Part shown: in pieces, positions 37,401 to 45,637 of the stretch
How the letters are laid out: the number at the start of each line of letters is the position of its first letter
How positions within the stretch are numbered: position 1 is the first letter of the stretch
Origin: Thermoplasmata archaeon
GTDB taxonomy: Archaea; Thermoplasmatota; Thermoplasmata; Lutacidiplasmatales; UBA184
Reading direction: 5' to 3'
Length of the DNA stretch: 64,000 bases
Assembly (NCBI GenBank): GCA_021806135.1
Contig: JAJZYB010000002.1
Coordinates: forward strand, 18,393-82,392
Translations under genes and position numbers: made by a program
The notes under the pieces: model-generated
The model's database searches: none
What the model was told of the DNA's origin: nothing
What the model saw: the letters and a program-made list of their open reading frames with translations, nothing else

Positions 37401-37853
37401 CGGGCGGTGGACCTGGAGGACGCCGTCAGCCGGGTGCTCAACCATCACTTCCTGCCGGACATCATGGGGAACCTCAAGGGCTACGCCACCCAGCGGTTCC
37501 GGTGCAAGGTCTGCAACGCGAGCTACCGTCGGCCCCCTCTCGGCGGACGGTGCAACGCCCGACGGGGTCGCTCCCCCTGCGGGGGGGACCTCCTGCCCAC
37601 GGTCTACCCTCCCAGCGTCACCAAGTACCTGCCCCTCGCCCGGCGTCTCACCGAGCGCTACGGGATCTCCCCGTACCTCAAGCAGCGGTTGGACGTCCTG
37701 GAAAGCTCGCTCCGCTCCCTCTTCCCCCCCGGTCCGCTCCCGGCTCCGGCGCTGGAGGAGTACCACCGCCCGGCCCCCCCCGGTGGGGGCCCGGGGGGAG
37801 AGCGGCAGCTAGAAGAGTCCCCATCCCTCCCCCCGGACGGGCTCGTGGGGTAG
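34434..37853 (+). CDS. polC: DNA polymerase II (PolD) large subunit DP2
   Basis: 1139 aa. 'YFSLLKGEVARAYSVAEEARSLGLDPSLHVEIPQAEDLASRVEKLL', 'YAGPIRAAGGTAQA', 'HPVFHAAKRRNCDGDEDS' and the C-terminal zinc module 'FRCKVCNASYRRPPLGGRCN...CGGDL'. No intein-sized insert. GTG start. Confidence 0.95.
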   Translation: MEEYFSLLKGEVARAYSVAEEARSLGLDPSLHVEIPQAEDLASRVEKLLLTRWPVEGIAPRIRALSKEMGREEVALTLTQEIARDPERGTLSERLEIALRVGLAVLTEGILVAPLEGLAKVELRSPAEGGYVDLYYAGPIRAAGGTAQALSVLMADVVRRELGIPAYTPTPAEVERYCEEIPLYKHCQHLQYVPSKEEIRAVVTRLPVCVNGESTEGDVEVSAYRNLPRVETNGLRGGACLVLAEGICQKAPKLRKAVERLGLTGWDFLADLGKGKATDPGAEEEGPRYLAEAVGGRPVLAHPHRPGGFRLVYGRCRTTGLAAAGVNPATMVLLRHFVAVGTQVKTELPGKAAAMALCDTVEGPLVVLDDGSFVAVNDRPTAEELLPRVRRLVDVGEILVSFGEFLENNKPLSPGAYSLAWHLEECRARGLAPGPRTLAPTFEEAVEDSRRYGVPLHPSFNLFWHDLNGEEVSSLADRVREEGRWEDGLSLPADPALKERLLVLGALHSEGAGRLLLPPATASALLLGLGLERGDGRLVGRAPPGPVETDGLKEACRRSGLSLKARAPTRIGARVGRPEKANRRALKPNVHALFPVGEAGGPQRSLRLAARPEAPGEATVSSPVRTSVTLGVRRCESCGRETAGNRCPCGGHTGPTPRTIQQRLPYAELLDQALRHLGLQQLSQDVKGVKGLVSETRTPEPLEKGILRALHQVSVYQDGTARFDMTDLPLTHFRPREAGLTVAEAHRLGYGTDWRGHPLTDAEQLVELFPHDLILSRRAGEYLLSLARFVDDELTLLYGGRPYYGAHRMEDLLGSLLIALAPHTSGGVLGRLVGFTDAEACLAHPVFHAAKRRNCDGDEDSVTLLMDGLLNFSHAYLPVRRGALMDKPLVLTTRLDTREVDKEAHNLDVALRYPRELYLAAEEHRSPKEVEALVDTLGKRLEDPERQCRGLGFTQDTWDVAGGPLQSAYREAQGMERAVESTLELAAQIRAVDLEDAVSRVLNHHFLPDIMGNLKGYATQRFRCKVCNASYRRPPLGGRCNARRGRSPCGGDLLPTVYPPSVTKYLPLARRLTERYGISPYLKQRLDVLESSLRSLFPPGPLPAPALEEYHRPAPPGGGPGGERQLEESPSLPPDGLVG

Positions 37854-37945
37854 TTTGGACTATCCTGATGGCCTTCGGAGCCATCGACCCGGGTTCGAAT
37901 CCCAGAGGCGCTCGGGCCTCTTGGGCGGAACTCCCGGCGAGCCCG
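37839..37945 (+). tRNA. tRNA-Arg (anticodon TCG) with a 32-nt insert between the T-loop and the 3' T-stem
   Basis: Hand-folded cloverleaf. Acceptor GGGCTCG(37839-45)/CGAGCCC(37938-44) pairs 7/7. U8, A14, G18G19, A21 and G26 are present. Anticodon stem ATGGC/GCCAT with loop CTTCGGA (U33, TCG, G37). Four-nt variable loop with C48. T-stem CCGGG(37889-93)/CCCGG(37933-37) pairs 5/5, loop TTCGAAT. Insert at 37901-37932. Confidence 0.8.
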
Positions 37946-38012
37946 TCTCCCTCCCCACCGGGCGCGAGGGGCCACCTTCCCGGGACCCGGCCCGACCCTC
38001 CGGGGCCCGTCT

Positions 38013-38645
38013 CTACCGGCCCGGCGGGGGTGCGGTCCCCGGGGACCCGTCGCGCTCCGACGGGAGCGGGGTCCCGGCAGCCTCCCCCGGAGGGTGGGCT
38101 CCCGGGGGGTGCCGCACGATCTCCCCGTAGCGGAGCTCGATCCCCGCGAGCCGGCCGAGGAGGAACCCGGTGCTCAAGGAGAGGAGGGTGTCGACGACCA
38201 GGAGGATCCCCTCCGTCAAGGGACTGAGCGAAGGGGACGCTCCGACCGGTCCGAAGGAGATGAAGGACGGGAGGTACAGGAACTCCAGCGCGATCCGGAC
38301 GGCGTAAAGGGCCACGTAGAGCACCGCCGCCTGCATCCCCAGCCGGTACATCCAGGCCCCCTTCGGGCCCTGGTAGATCTCCACCCGCTCTCGCGTGTAG
38401 CCGGTGAAGACCACGGCGCCCACCACCACGACCCCCAGGTCCAGGGGGATCGTCCACCACGGGAGGATCAGGTAGGTGAGCAGGAGCTGGACGAGCAGGA
38501 GGACCAGGTAGAACCCGGCGAAGACCCAGAGCCGGCCCCGGGAGAGACGGGCGCCATGCGCCGTGCGGTACGCGCGACGCAGCACCAGGCCGAGGAAAAT
38601 CACCAGGAGGATGATGGTGGAGGTGACCCCGGAGGGGGCGGACAC
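38013..38645 (-). CDS. membrane protein, unknown function
   Basis: 210 aa with about five TM helices ('TSTIILLVIFLGLVL', 'LWVFAGFYLVLLLVQLLLTYLIL', 'GVVVVGAVVFTGY', 'AAVLYVALYAVRIALEFLYL', 'ILLVVDTLLSLSTGFLLG'). Confidence 0.6.
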   Translation of the reverse strand: MSAPSGVTSTIILLVIFLGLVLRRAYRTAHGARLSRGRLWVFAGFYLVLLLVQLLLTYLILPWWTIPLDLGVVVVGAVVFTGYTRERVEIYQGPKGAWMYRLGMQAAVLYVALYAVRIALEFLYLPSFISFGPVGASPSLSPLTEGILLVVDTLLSLSTGFLLGRLAGIELRYGEIVRHPPGAHPPGEAAGTPLPSERDGSPGTAPPPGR

Positions 38646-38701
38646 GGGGTCGGCACTCCGGCCCGTTAGTTAAACACCCGCGCCCGGGCCACGCTCCCGC
38701 C

Positions 38702-39001
38702 CTACCCGAAGTAGATGGGGTTGGCCTCCGGGGTCTTCTTCTCTTCCTCCGGGGTGGCGTGGTGGAGGATCTCCACCGAGAGGAGCACGGCGGAGGGGAT
38801 GAGCCGGATCCGGCCCTTCGCCTCGGCCCCCCCGGAGTCGTCCATCTCGATCGCCATGGCCTGGTCGCCTCCCCCCAGGCTCACGTACCCCCGGAAGGTT
38901 CCCCGGGTCACCAGGGGCGCCTCCCCCTTGTCCCCCGACCGGAGGACCACGGTGGAGCCCGTCGTGAGCGAGATGCCGCTGCGTTTCTTGTCCTCGGCCA
39001 T
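38702..39001 (-). CDS. small hypothetical protein (beta-rich)
   Basis: 99-aa ORF with balanced composition, 'VVLRSGDKGEAPLVTRGTFRGYVSLGGGDQAMAIEMD...GRIRLIPSAVLLSVEIL'. No family recognised. Confidence 0.5.
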   Translation of the reverse strand: MAEDKKRSGISLTTGSTVVLRSGDKGEAPLVTRGTFRGYVSLGGGDQAMAIEMDDSGGAEAKGRIRLIPSAVLLSVEILHHATPEEEKKTPEANPIYFG

Positions 39002-39069
39002 GATGCATGCCTTTCCCGGATGGGAGGACGCAGACCCCTATAGCCTTCTCCCCGGAGCCGGGGTCCCGG

Positions 39070-39570
39070 TCACCGGGAGGCCGCCGGCACCGAGGGGATC
39101 TTCCCATCGGGGTCCTTGGGAGGCCGCGCCGATCTGCGTTCCTCCTCCAGGAGCCCCTGGAGGTGGTCCACGGTCTCCCGGTACCGTTTCAGGGCGTTCT
39201 GGGCGTTGGCCTCGACGAAGTCCCACGCCCGGGAAAGGTTGCCGTAGCGCAGGCGGTAACCCTTGCGTCCGCGCGCCGATTCCCGGGTCTCCGAGACCTC
39301 CTCGAGCAGGTCCAGGGTCTTCAGCTTGTTCAGGTGCCGGTAGAGCGTGGGCTTGCTGGTCTTCAGGACGGAAAGGAGCTCCTCCGCGTACCAGAGGCGC
39401 TCGGGGTTGCGCAGGAGGCAGCCCCGGACGAGCCGGTAGGCCACGGAACGTTCCGGCGGCTCCCCTTCGGGAAGGTAGCCCAACTGGACCAGGAACTCCT
39501 TCAGGACCTGGTCCACGTCGCGCAACGGGGTCAACGGGGTGCTGTAGCGGACCTGGATCTCGAAGGTCAC
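39070..39570 (-). CDS. winged-helix transcriptional regulator
   Basis: Only the C-terminal 166 aa of ORF 39070..40056 look protein-like. They include 'YAEELLSVLKTSKPTLYRHLNKLKTLDLLEEVSE...GRKGYRLRYGN'. In-frame GTG at 39570. The upstream 160 codons are R/P/S-rich and overlap the RNase P RNA candidate. Confidence 0.65.
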   Translation of the reverse strand: MTFEIQVRYSTPLTPLRDVDQVLKEFLVQLGYLPEGEPPERSVAYRLVRGCLLRNPERLWYAEELLSVLKTSKPTLYRHLNKLKTLDLLEEVSETRESARGRKGYRLRYGNLSRAWDFVEANAQNALKRYRETVDHLQGLLEEERRSARPPKDPDGKIPSVPAASR

Positions 39571-39678
39571 GGACCGACGCCGGCACGATAGGAGCGCTCT
39601 TGAGCTCTTCCCTGGGGCCCTCCCCGGCGAGCGGGTCCGGTCCGCCTTTGTCGCGTTGTCCCGGTGTACCAACTTCTT

Positions 39679-40000
39679 CAGGGGGGGTATGGGCTGACTG
39701 GCCGAGAGGGGAGTCTCCCCCCTGTCGGGACTGCAAGACCCACCGGAGGAAAGGCCCCGCGGAAGACCGGGACGAGCAGGATGGACCCGCGGATGGGGAC
39801 GGCCGGGGGCACGGCGGCGGCGAAGCACGTTCCATCGAGCGGGCAAGCTGAGATGGTCTTCGCTGAGAGGGCGATCCTGGACCACCGGAGGCCCGCGGGC
39901 AAGTACGGCATCGAGGGAAGCATGGGCGGGATCGCGGACCGGTGCCAGAGGAAGTGGGCCCTGGGGTAGCAGGCTGAGGAACTTGGGGCTCCTCCTCCTG
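39679..40000 (+). ncRNA. rnpB: RNase P RNA (type A-like) candidate
   Basis: Four RNase P RNA hallmark strings occur in the correct order: 'CGGAGGAAAGGCCCCGC' (39744-39760, J3/4-P4 5'), 'CCACCGGAG' (39882-90), 'GGGGTAGCAGGCTGAGGAAC' (39963-82) and 'GGGGCT' (39985-90). The last pairs with AAAG-g-CCCC leaving one bulged nt, as in P4. Terminal helix CAGGGGGGG(39679-87)/CTCCTCCTG(39992-40000). The candidate lies in a 600-nt gap with no credible ORF. Ends are approximate. Confidence 0.6.
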
Positions 40001-40147
40001 ACGACAGACCAAGGAGATCGGTGGGAGCCCCACGACCCCGTCCGAGAAGGCTCCACCCAATTCCCGCCTTGAGTTGTTGGGAAAAGGTTGCCGGTGGCTC
40101 AGGGTGTCCTGGTGCAGCCGACATTTTCAGTAAGGAATTTCGCGCAG

Positions 40148-40158
40148 AGTTATATAGG
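40148..40158 (+). promoter_or_regulatory. TATA box for the 40170/40185 gene
   Basis: 'agttatatagg'. Centred on 40153, it predicts a TSS near 40180 and so favours the ATG at 40185 as a leaderless start. Confidence 0.45.
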
Positions 40159-40169
40159 ATTGATGGAAC

Positions 40170-41834
40170 ATGAGGCAAACTACCATGTCCACGCGTAGAA
40201 ATGTTAGACGCGAGGAGGATCGCGGAAGCCGTACGGAGGTGGAGGGGGGTGCGTCCGGTCTGCTCGGTCCCGGGGCAAGAACCCCCGCCGGTCGCGGGAG
40301 AGGCCGAAAGGTGGTCCCGGTAGCGGTGGTCGCCACCGCCCTCGTCCTCGCTGCACTGGGCGGGACCTGGATCTACCTTGCTCCCCGTGGCGAGGCCCCG
40401 TCGGGCCCGTCCCTCCAAGTGAGAATCGCCACCTCGGGTGCGGTGTCCGGGGGAGCGGCTCTGGCTGGGCCTGCCCAGGTTTACGTATTCAGCCCGAACC
40501 CTGCTTTGGTGGGCAAGGGTGCCTACCTTCCCGGGGGTCGGGGAGCGGCTTCCCCTTCTGTTCTCCTATTTTACGGCTCAGAAGACACGACCTCGGCTAC
40601 CGTCTCCGGTCAACTTCCACCCGCGTTCGCGGAAGTCGTAAAGGGGTGGACGAACGTAGTTCCCCGCGGGTCTGAGGTCTCGCTGCTGTTGGAGGGGGTG
40701 TACTCGGAAATCCAAGGTAATCAGAGCTTGGAGTACATCTCCTTCGATTGGGTGGACTACAATCCCTATTCCCCACCCGGTCAGTTCAGTTCGACGATGA
40801 CCTTCAACCTTTCCAACCCTTCCGCTGTTGTGGGACTGAGCGGCCCAGCCCCGTCCGGTGGCTGCCCGGATCCGTACAACGGGGTCAACCTGGTGAACAG
40901 CACCTCAGTCTCCGGCCCCTTCCCACTCTCCGCCACTGTCAACCGGGGCGGCGCTTCCAACACGGATTATTCCGTCCTTTCCCAGACGAGCATCGGCCAG
41001 ACGGTGAACCTGGATTTCACCGGGGGAGGATGGACCGAGAACCAATCGTTCACCACCGACGGCACGACCCCTACGTTCGCCTCCCCCTCCGAGATCCTTT
41101 CCGTCGCGCAACTCTCGACCGCAGCGGACTCGTCCGGTCAGATGGGCATCCTCTCCTTAGCGGGAGCCACGCTCTACATCCAGGTCACCCATCCGTACGA
41201 GGTCTACTATACCGGCTCATCCCCCGACTGTGTGGCCCATTACAACTACTATCCTCTCGAGGTGATGGCGTACGTTGACGATGTGAACTCGTCCGATGGG
41301 CAATTTGTCCTCAGCTCAGCGGCGGCCCAGTCGAGCTTCGCGAACGCTTTCATGAACTTCATGAAAGTCACGGATGCGGGAAGCGCCTATAGCATCGCAG
41401 CGGGATCGTCCATGGACTTCGTCAGGGGCCTCGACCAGGCCTCCGGCTACAGCAACGCGACTTCCATCTTCACTCAGGCCACCAAGGCCTTAAGCACGTT
41501 CGACGCTGGTCTCGGAGTCGCTCTGGCTATGATCGACCTTGAGGATGTCTGTCCCTTCGACAGTTGCTCCGCGGCGCAGGTCCTCCAGGCAGTAGGGGCA
41601 TTTGACGCCGCGCTGGGGGTAGCAACGCAAGTCGCTTCGGATCTCAACACACTCAGCTTTTCCACCGAGCTCAGTCAGTCGTTACAGATCAGTAGCCTCA
41701 GCAATGACGTCCAAGGTTCCAGTCCTGGCATTCAGTTGGCCCAGTTCGTGCAAGCGAGTAACCCCACGCAGATCCCGGGCGCTCCAGGCTCTCCATCCGC
41801 GAACATGCCGGCCCCCTACGTGATCGTGACCTAG
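40170..41834 (+). CDS. N-terminally anchored extracellular protein, unknown function
   Basis: 554-aa ORF (alternative start 40185). Basic N-terminus plus TM 'VVPVAVVATALVLAALGGTWIYL'. S/T/G/N-rich ectodomain with six N-x-S/T sequons by hand count. By eye its G+C is lower than that of its neighbours. Confidence 0.7.
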   Translation: MRQTTMSTRRNVRREEDRGSRTEVEGGASGLLGPGARTPAGRGRGRKVVPVAVVATALVLAALGGTWIYLAPRGEAPSGPSLQVRIATSGAVSGGAALAGPAQVYVFSPNPALVGKGAYLPGGRGAASPSVLLFYGSEDTTSATVSGQLPPAFAEVVKGWTNVVPRGSEVSLLLEGVYSEIQGNQSLEYISFDWVDYNPYSPPGQFSSTMTFNLSNPSAVVGLSGPAPSGGCPDPYNGVNLVNSTSVSGPFPLSATVNRGGASNTDYSVLSQTSIGQTVNLDFTGGGWTENQSFTTDGTTPTFASPSEILSVAQLSTAADSSGQMGILSLAGATLYIQVTHPYEVYYTGSSPDCVAHYNYYPLEVMAYVDDVNSSDGQFVLSSAAAQSSFANAFMNFMKVTDAGSAYSIAAGSSMDFVRGLDQASGYSNATSIFTQATKALSTFDAGLGVALAMIDLEDVCPFDSCSAAQVLQAVGAFDAALGVATQVASDLNTLSFSTELSQSLQISSLSNDVQGSSPGIQLAQFVQASNPTQIPGAPGSPSANMPAPYVIVT

Positions 41835-42013
41835 CGGTGAACCGGGCACTCCCGGACCCTGGCTCGAGGAGCGGAAGTGGCACTTCCTGGACCGGCCGCC
41901 GGACCCCTCCGGGACCCCGCCGGAGAACCTCCCCCGCGGGGAGGACCTATCGGAAAGATCGGCCTTGCTCACCCGAAAACGGGTTGTATCCCCCGAGCTT
42001 TCCCACCCCTCTC

Positions 42014-42880
42014 ATGGCCTATGCCCTGCACTTTCCCCGGACCCTCGACGAGGCCTTCCGCCTCCTGGACCCGGAGGGAACGGAGGGGGCCCTGCCCCTG
42101 GCCGGGGGGACGGACCTTCTCCCCGCCGTGGAGGCCGGCCGCTGGCACCCCAGCGCGCTGGTGAGCCTCTCCCGCCTTCCCCTGGGGACCTTCGAGCGGA
42201 CCGAACACGAGATACTGATCGGCGGCACCTTGCCCCTGCGTCGCCTGGAACGGGAGCCCGACATCGTGCGCCTCCTGCCGGGCCTCGTGGAGGCCATCCG
42301 GGAGGTCGGGAGCGTTCCGCTGCGGCACCGGGCCACCCTGGGCGGGAACGTGGTCAGAGCTTCCCCTGCCTCCGACCTCCTTCCTCCGCTCCTCGCGCTG
42401 GAAGCGTCCCTGGACCTGAGGTCCCGCGACGGGACGCGCCGGGTCGCCCTGGGAGACTTCCTCCGGGGATCCTGGGAGACCACCCTCAGGCCGGGGGAGC
42501 TCGTCGAACGGATCCGGATCCCGGTCCCCCGCCCGAGCAGCTACCGCTGGCAGCGGGTCCGGCCCGCCAACGACATCTCCCAGGTGGGGGTCGCCTGCGC
42601 GTTGGCCTCCTCGGACGGCCGTTCCCCTTGGCGCATCGCCGCCGGAGGGGTGGAGCCTCATCCCCAGCGGCTCCCTGGGGCAGAGGCCGCGCTCTCGCAC
42701 GAAGACCCGACCCCCGGGGAGATCGAGGAAGCGGTCCATCGCGCGGTGGAGGGTTCCCGTCTGAAGGACGACCGGAGGGCCGGTGAGGAGTACCGGCGCC
42801 ACCTCCTGGGGGTCCTCCTCCGCCGGTCCATCACCAGCACGGTCTCCCGGGCCCGGACCATGGGCGGGAGGGGGACATGA
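42014..42880 (+). CDS. xanthine dehydrogenase-family molybdoenzyme, FAD-binding (medium) subunit
   Basis: 'LPLAGGTDLLPAVEAG', 'HRATLGGNVVRASPASDLLPPLLALEA' and 'RPANDISQVGVA'. ATG at 42014 within ORF 41837..42880. Confidence 0.85.
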   Translation: MAYALHFPRTLDEAFRLLDPEGTEGALPLAGGTDLLPAVEAGRWHPSALVSLSRLPLGTFERTEHEILIGGTLPLRRLEREPDIVRLLPGLVEAIREVGSVPLRHRATLGGNVVRASPASDLLPPLLALEASLDLRSRDGTRRVALGDFLRGSWETTLRPGELVERIRIPVPRPSSYRWQRVRPANDISQVGVACALASSDGRSPWRIAAGGVEPHPQRLPGAEAALSHEDPTPGEIEEAVHRAVEGSRLKDDRRAGEEYRRHLLGVLLRRSITSTVSRARTMGGRGT

Positions 42881-43410
42881 GAGGAGACCTTCCCCTGACC
42901 CTCCGGGTGAACGGGAGTGAGCAAACCTTGCCGGCGGTCCCGGCCGATACCAAGCTCCTGGACCTGCTGCGCTGGCGTCTCGGGCTCAAGGGAACGAAGG
43001 AGGGCTGCCGGACCGGCGGATGCGGCGCCTGCACCGTCTTGGTGAACGGGGAGAGCGTGCTCAGTTGCCTCACCCTCGCTCGGGAGATGGAGGGCCAGGA
43101 GGTCACCACGGTGGAGGGCCTCTCCGGGACGGCCGAGGCCGAGGCCGTGCAGCGGGCCTTCGTCGAGGCCGGGGCGGTCCAGTGCGGCTATTGCACCCCC
43201 GGATTCGTCATGGCCCTGGTGAGCCTGCGCCGGGAGCGGAGGGACGGCCCCCCCGACCTACCGACGCTCGCCTCCGAGCTCGGAGGGAACCTCTGCCGGT
43301 GCACCGGCTACTACTCCATCGTCCGGGCCCTCGCCGGGCTGCTCGCCGCCCCCATCCCTCCCGAGCTGCCGAAGAGCACGTTCAGTGTGGATCCGGGGCG
43401 ATCTCCGTGA
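42877..43410 (+). CDS. xanthine dehydrogenase-family molybdoenzyme, [2Fe-2S] (small) subunit
   Basis: 'GTKEGCRTGGCGACTVLVNG...SCL' and 'QCGYCTPGFVM...NLCRCTGY'. ATGA overlap with the FAD-subunit gene. Confidence 0.9.
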   Translation: MRGDLPLTLRVNGSEQTLPAVPADTKLLDLLRWRLGLKGTKEGCRTGGCGACTVLVNGESVLSCLTLAREMEGQEVTTVEGLSGTAEAEAVQRAFVEAGAVQCGYCTPGFVMALVSLRRERRDGPPDLPTLASELGGNLCRCTGYYSIVRALAGLLAAPIPPELPKSTFSVDPGRSP

Positions 43411-45637
43411 TCCGGACCGACGCCCTCCCGAAGGCGCAAGGGGCGCTCGCCTACGCGCCGGACGTCCAACTTCCCGGGATGCTCTGGGCGGCGTACGTCA
43501 CCTCTCCCCACCCGCACGCCGAGATCCGGGGCCTGGACACCGCACCGGCCCGGGAGGTGGTGGGGGTGGTGGACATCCTCACCGCCGACGACCTCCCCGC
43601 TCTCCTTCCGAGGGAACCCGAACCTGGGCGGCCCCTCCTTGCCACCCGGGCGACCCGGTTCGTGGGGGAACCGGTCGCGGTGGTCGCCGCCGAGACCCTC
43701 CAAGCGGCCCGGGAGGGGGCGGCCCGGATCTCCGTGGATTACCGGGTGCTCCCGGCGTTCACGGACCTGGAGCGGGAGTTCCCCCACTGGCCCACCCCCG
43801 AGGAGATGCGGAGCCACCCCCAGGTGAACGCCCACGTCCACGCCCGGCGGGGGGATTTCGACCAGGTGGCCCGGACGGCCGACCACGTGCACCGGGAGCT
43901 CTACCAGACCGCCATGGTCGCCCAGGTCCCCTTGGAGCCCCACGCCTGCATCGCCCGGGTCCAGGGGGACGACTGGTACGTGCTCACCACCACGCAGACC
44001 CCCTTCGGGATCCGGGAGGACCTGGCGGACAAGCTGGGGGTCCCCCAGGAGAGGATCCGGGTGGAGGGGACCTGGGTGGGGGGAGGGTTCGGCGGAAAGA
44101 ACGAGGCCCTGCTGGAGCCCCATGCCCTGCTGCTCTCCCGGCGCACCGGCCGGCCGGTCCGCCTCGCGCTGACCTTCCGGGAGGAGTTCCTGTTCTCCCG
44201 GACGACCCAGCCGGCGCTCTTCTGGATGGAGAGCTGTCTCAAGGACGGTCGGCTGGTGGCCCGGAGGACCCGGCTCCTCCTCGACACCGGCGCCTCCTTG
44301 CCGGGCCGGGACTTTGCCCTGGGCTACAGCTTGGGGTTCACGTTGGGCCCCTACCGGTTGGAGGCCTTCGAGCTCGAGGGCTACGCGCTGAGGACCCACC
44401 GTCCCCCCTTCGGCCCCCACCGGGCTCCCCTGGCCCCGCAGTGCACATTCGCCTCCGAGTCTCACCTGGACTCCCTGGCCCGGGACCGGGGAGAGGACCC
44501 GGTGGCCTTCCGTCTCCGCCACGTCTGGCGGCCGGGGGACCGCACGGCTCTCGGTCAGGTGGTGGGCCCCTTCGCAGCGGAGGCCGGGTTAAGACGGGCC
44601 CAAGAGACGGCCCTAGCCTGGAAGGCCTCGGCCCCTCCGGGCCACGGCGTGGGGGTGGCCCTGGGATTCTGGTCCACCGGCACCGGCGCCGGCGGCGAGG
44701 CCCGGCTGACCCTCTCCCCCCAGGGCCTGGTGCTGCTCCAGGGGGAGCGGGAGATCGGCAACGGATCGATATGGCAGGGGCTCCCCGGGGTGGCGGCCAC
44801 GACCCTGGGGATCCCCCGGAAGCCGTGGAGGTGCGCTACGGCGATACCGGGCACGCTCCCTTCGATAGCGGGGTCTGGGGGAGCCGGACCACGGCGGCGC
44901 TCGGCTACGCCGTGGCGAAGGCCGCCGAGGGCCTCCGGCGCGAACTCACCCGACGGGCCCCCGGGACCGGAGCGGTGGGCTTGGGAGTCCGGGGCGGGAC
45001 CCTCACCGTGACCCGGGAGGGTCGGACCTCCCCGGCCACGGACCTCCTCACCCCGGAGGAACGCGCGGGGGGCGGGCTCACCGTGGAGGGAAAGCACTAC
45101 GGGAAGAACGAAGGCACGCTGGAGGAGGGCCTCGTCCTCGAGGGGGAGATGTTCCCTTACTCCGACCTCATCGCCAGCGTGCACGTGGCCGAGGTCTCGG
45201 TGGACCGGGAGACCGGAGCGGTCCGGGTGGTCCGCTACGCGGCCTTCCAGGACGCCGGAAAGGTGGTGAACCCCGAAGGGTACCGGGGTCAGGTGGAGGG
45301 GGCCATCGTTATGGGGCTGGGAACGGCCCTCACGGAGGAGGGCATGCTCGACCCTGGAGGCCGCCTCTCGAACCCGGGACTGTTGGACTACCGGATCCCC
45401 ACGCTCTCCGACCCGCCCCCGGAGCTCACGATCGTGGCCTTAGAGGGGTTCCTGGGCTCCGGCGTCTGGGGGAGCAAGGGCGTCGGGGAACCGCCGATCA
45501 TCCCGGTACCGGCGGCCGTGGCCAACGCCGTGGCGGACGCCACCGGGGCAAGGGTCACCGTCCTCCCCCTGACCCCGGAGCGGGTCTCCCAGGCGCTCGG
45601 GCACGTCTCCCGGCGCGAGAGCGGAGGGCGACGATGA
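43407..45637 (+). CDS. xanthine dehydrogenase-family molybdoenzyme, molybdopterin-binding (large) subunit; frame broken by a 1-nt deletion at 44813-44817
   Basis: GTGA overlap start. 'GEPVAVVAAETLQAAREGA', 'QTAMVAQVPLEPHA' and 'VGGGFGGKNE' lie in ORF 43020..45011. 'VRYGDTGHAPFDSGVWGSRT', 'DAGKVVNPEGYRGQVEGAIVMGLG' and 'SKGVGEPPIIPV' lie in ORF 43385..45637. Confidence 0.85.

Noticed and set aside
39664-39969. 101-aa ORF, and the N-terminal 160 codons of ORF 39070..40056, as protein-coding genes in the 600-nt gap.
   Set aside because: Both give low-complexity G/R/P-rich products, and the region is better explained by the RNase P RNA candidate. The wHTH domain begins only at about 39570.
43407-45637. 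The molybdoenzyme as a true aerobic CO dehydrogenase (CoxL).
   Set aside because: I did not find the characteristic form-I active-site loop (AYxCSFR-type). A generic XDH/aldehyde oxidoreductase family assignment is safer.
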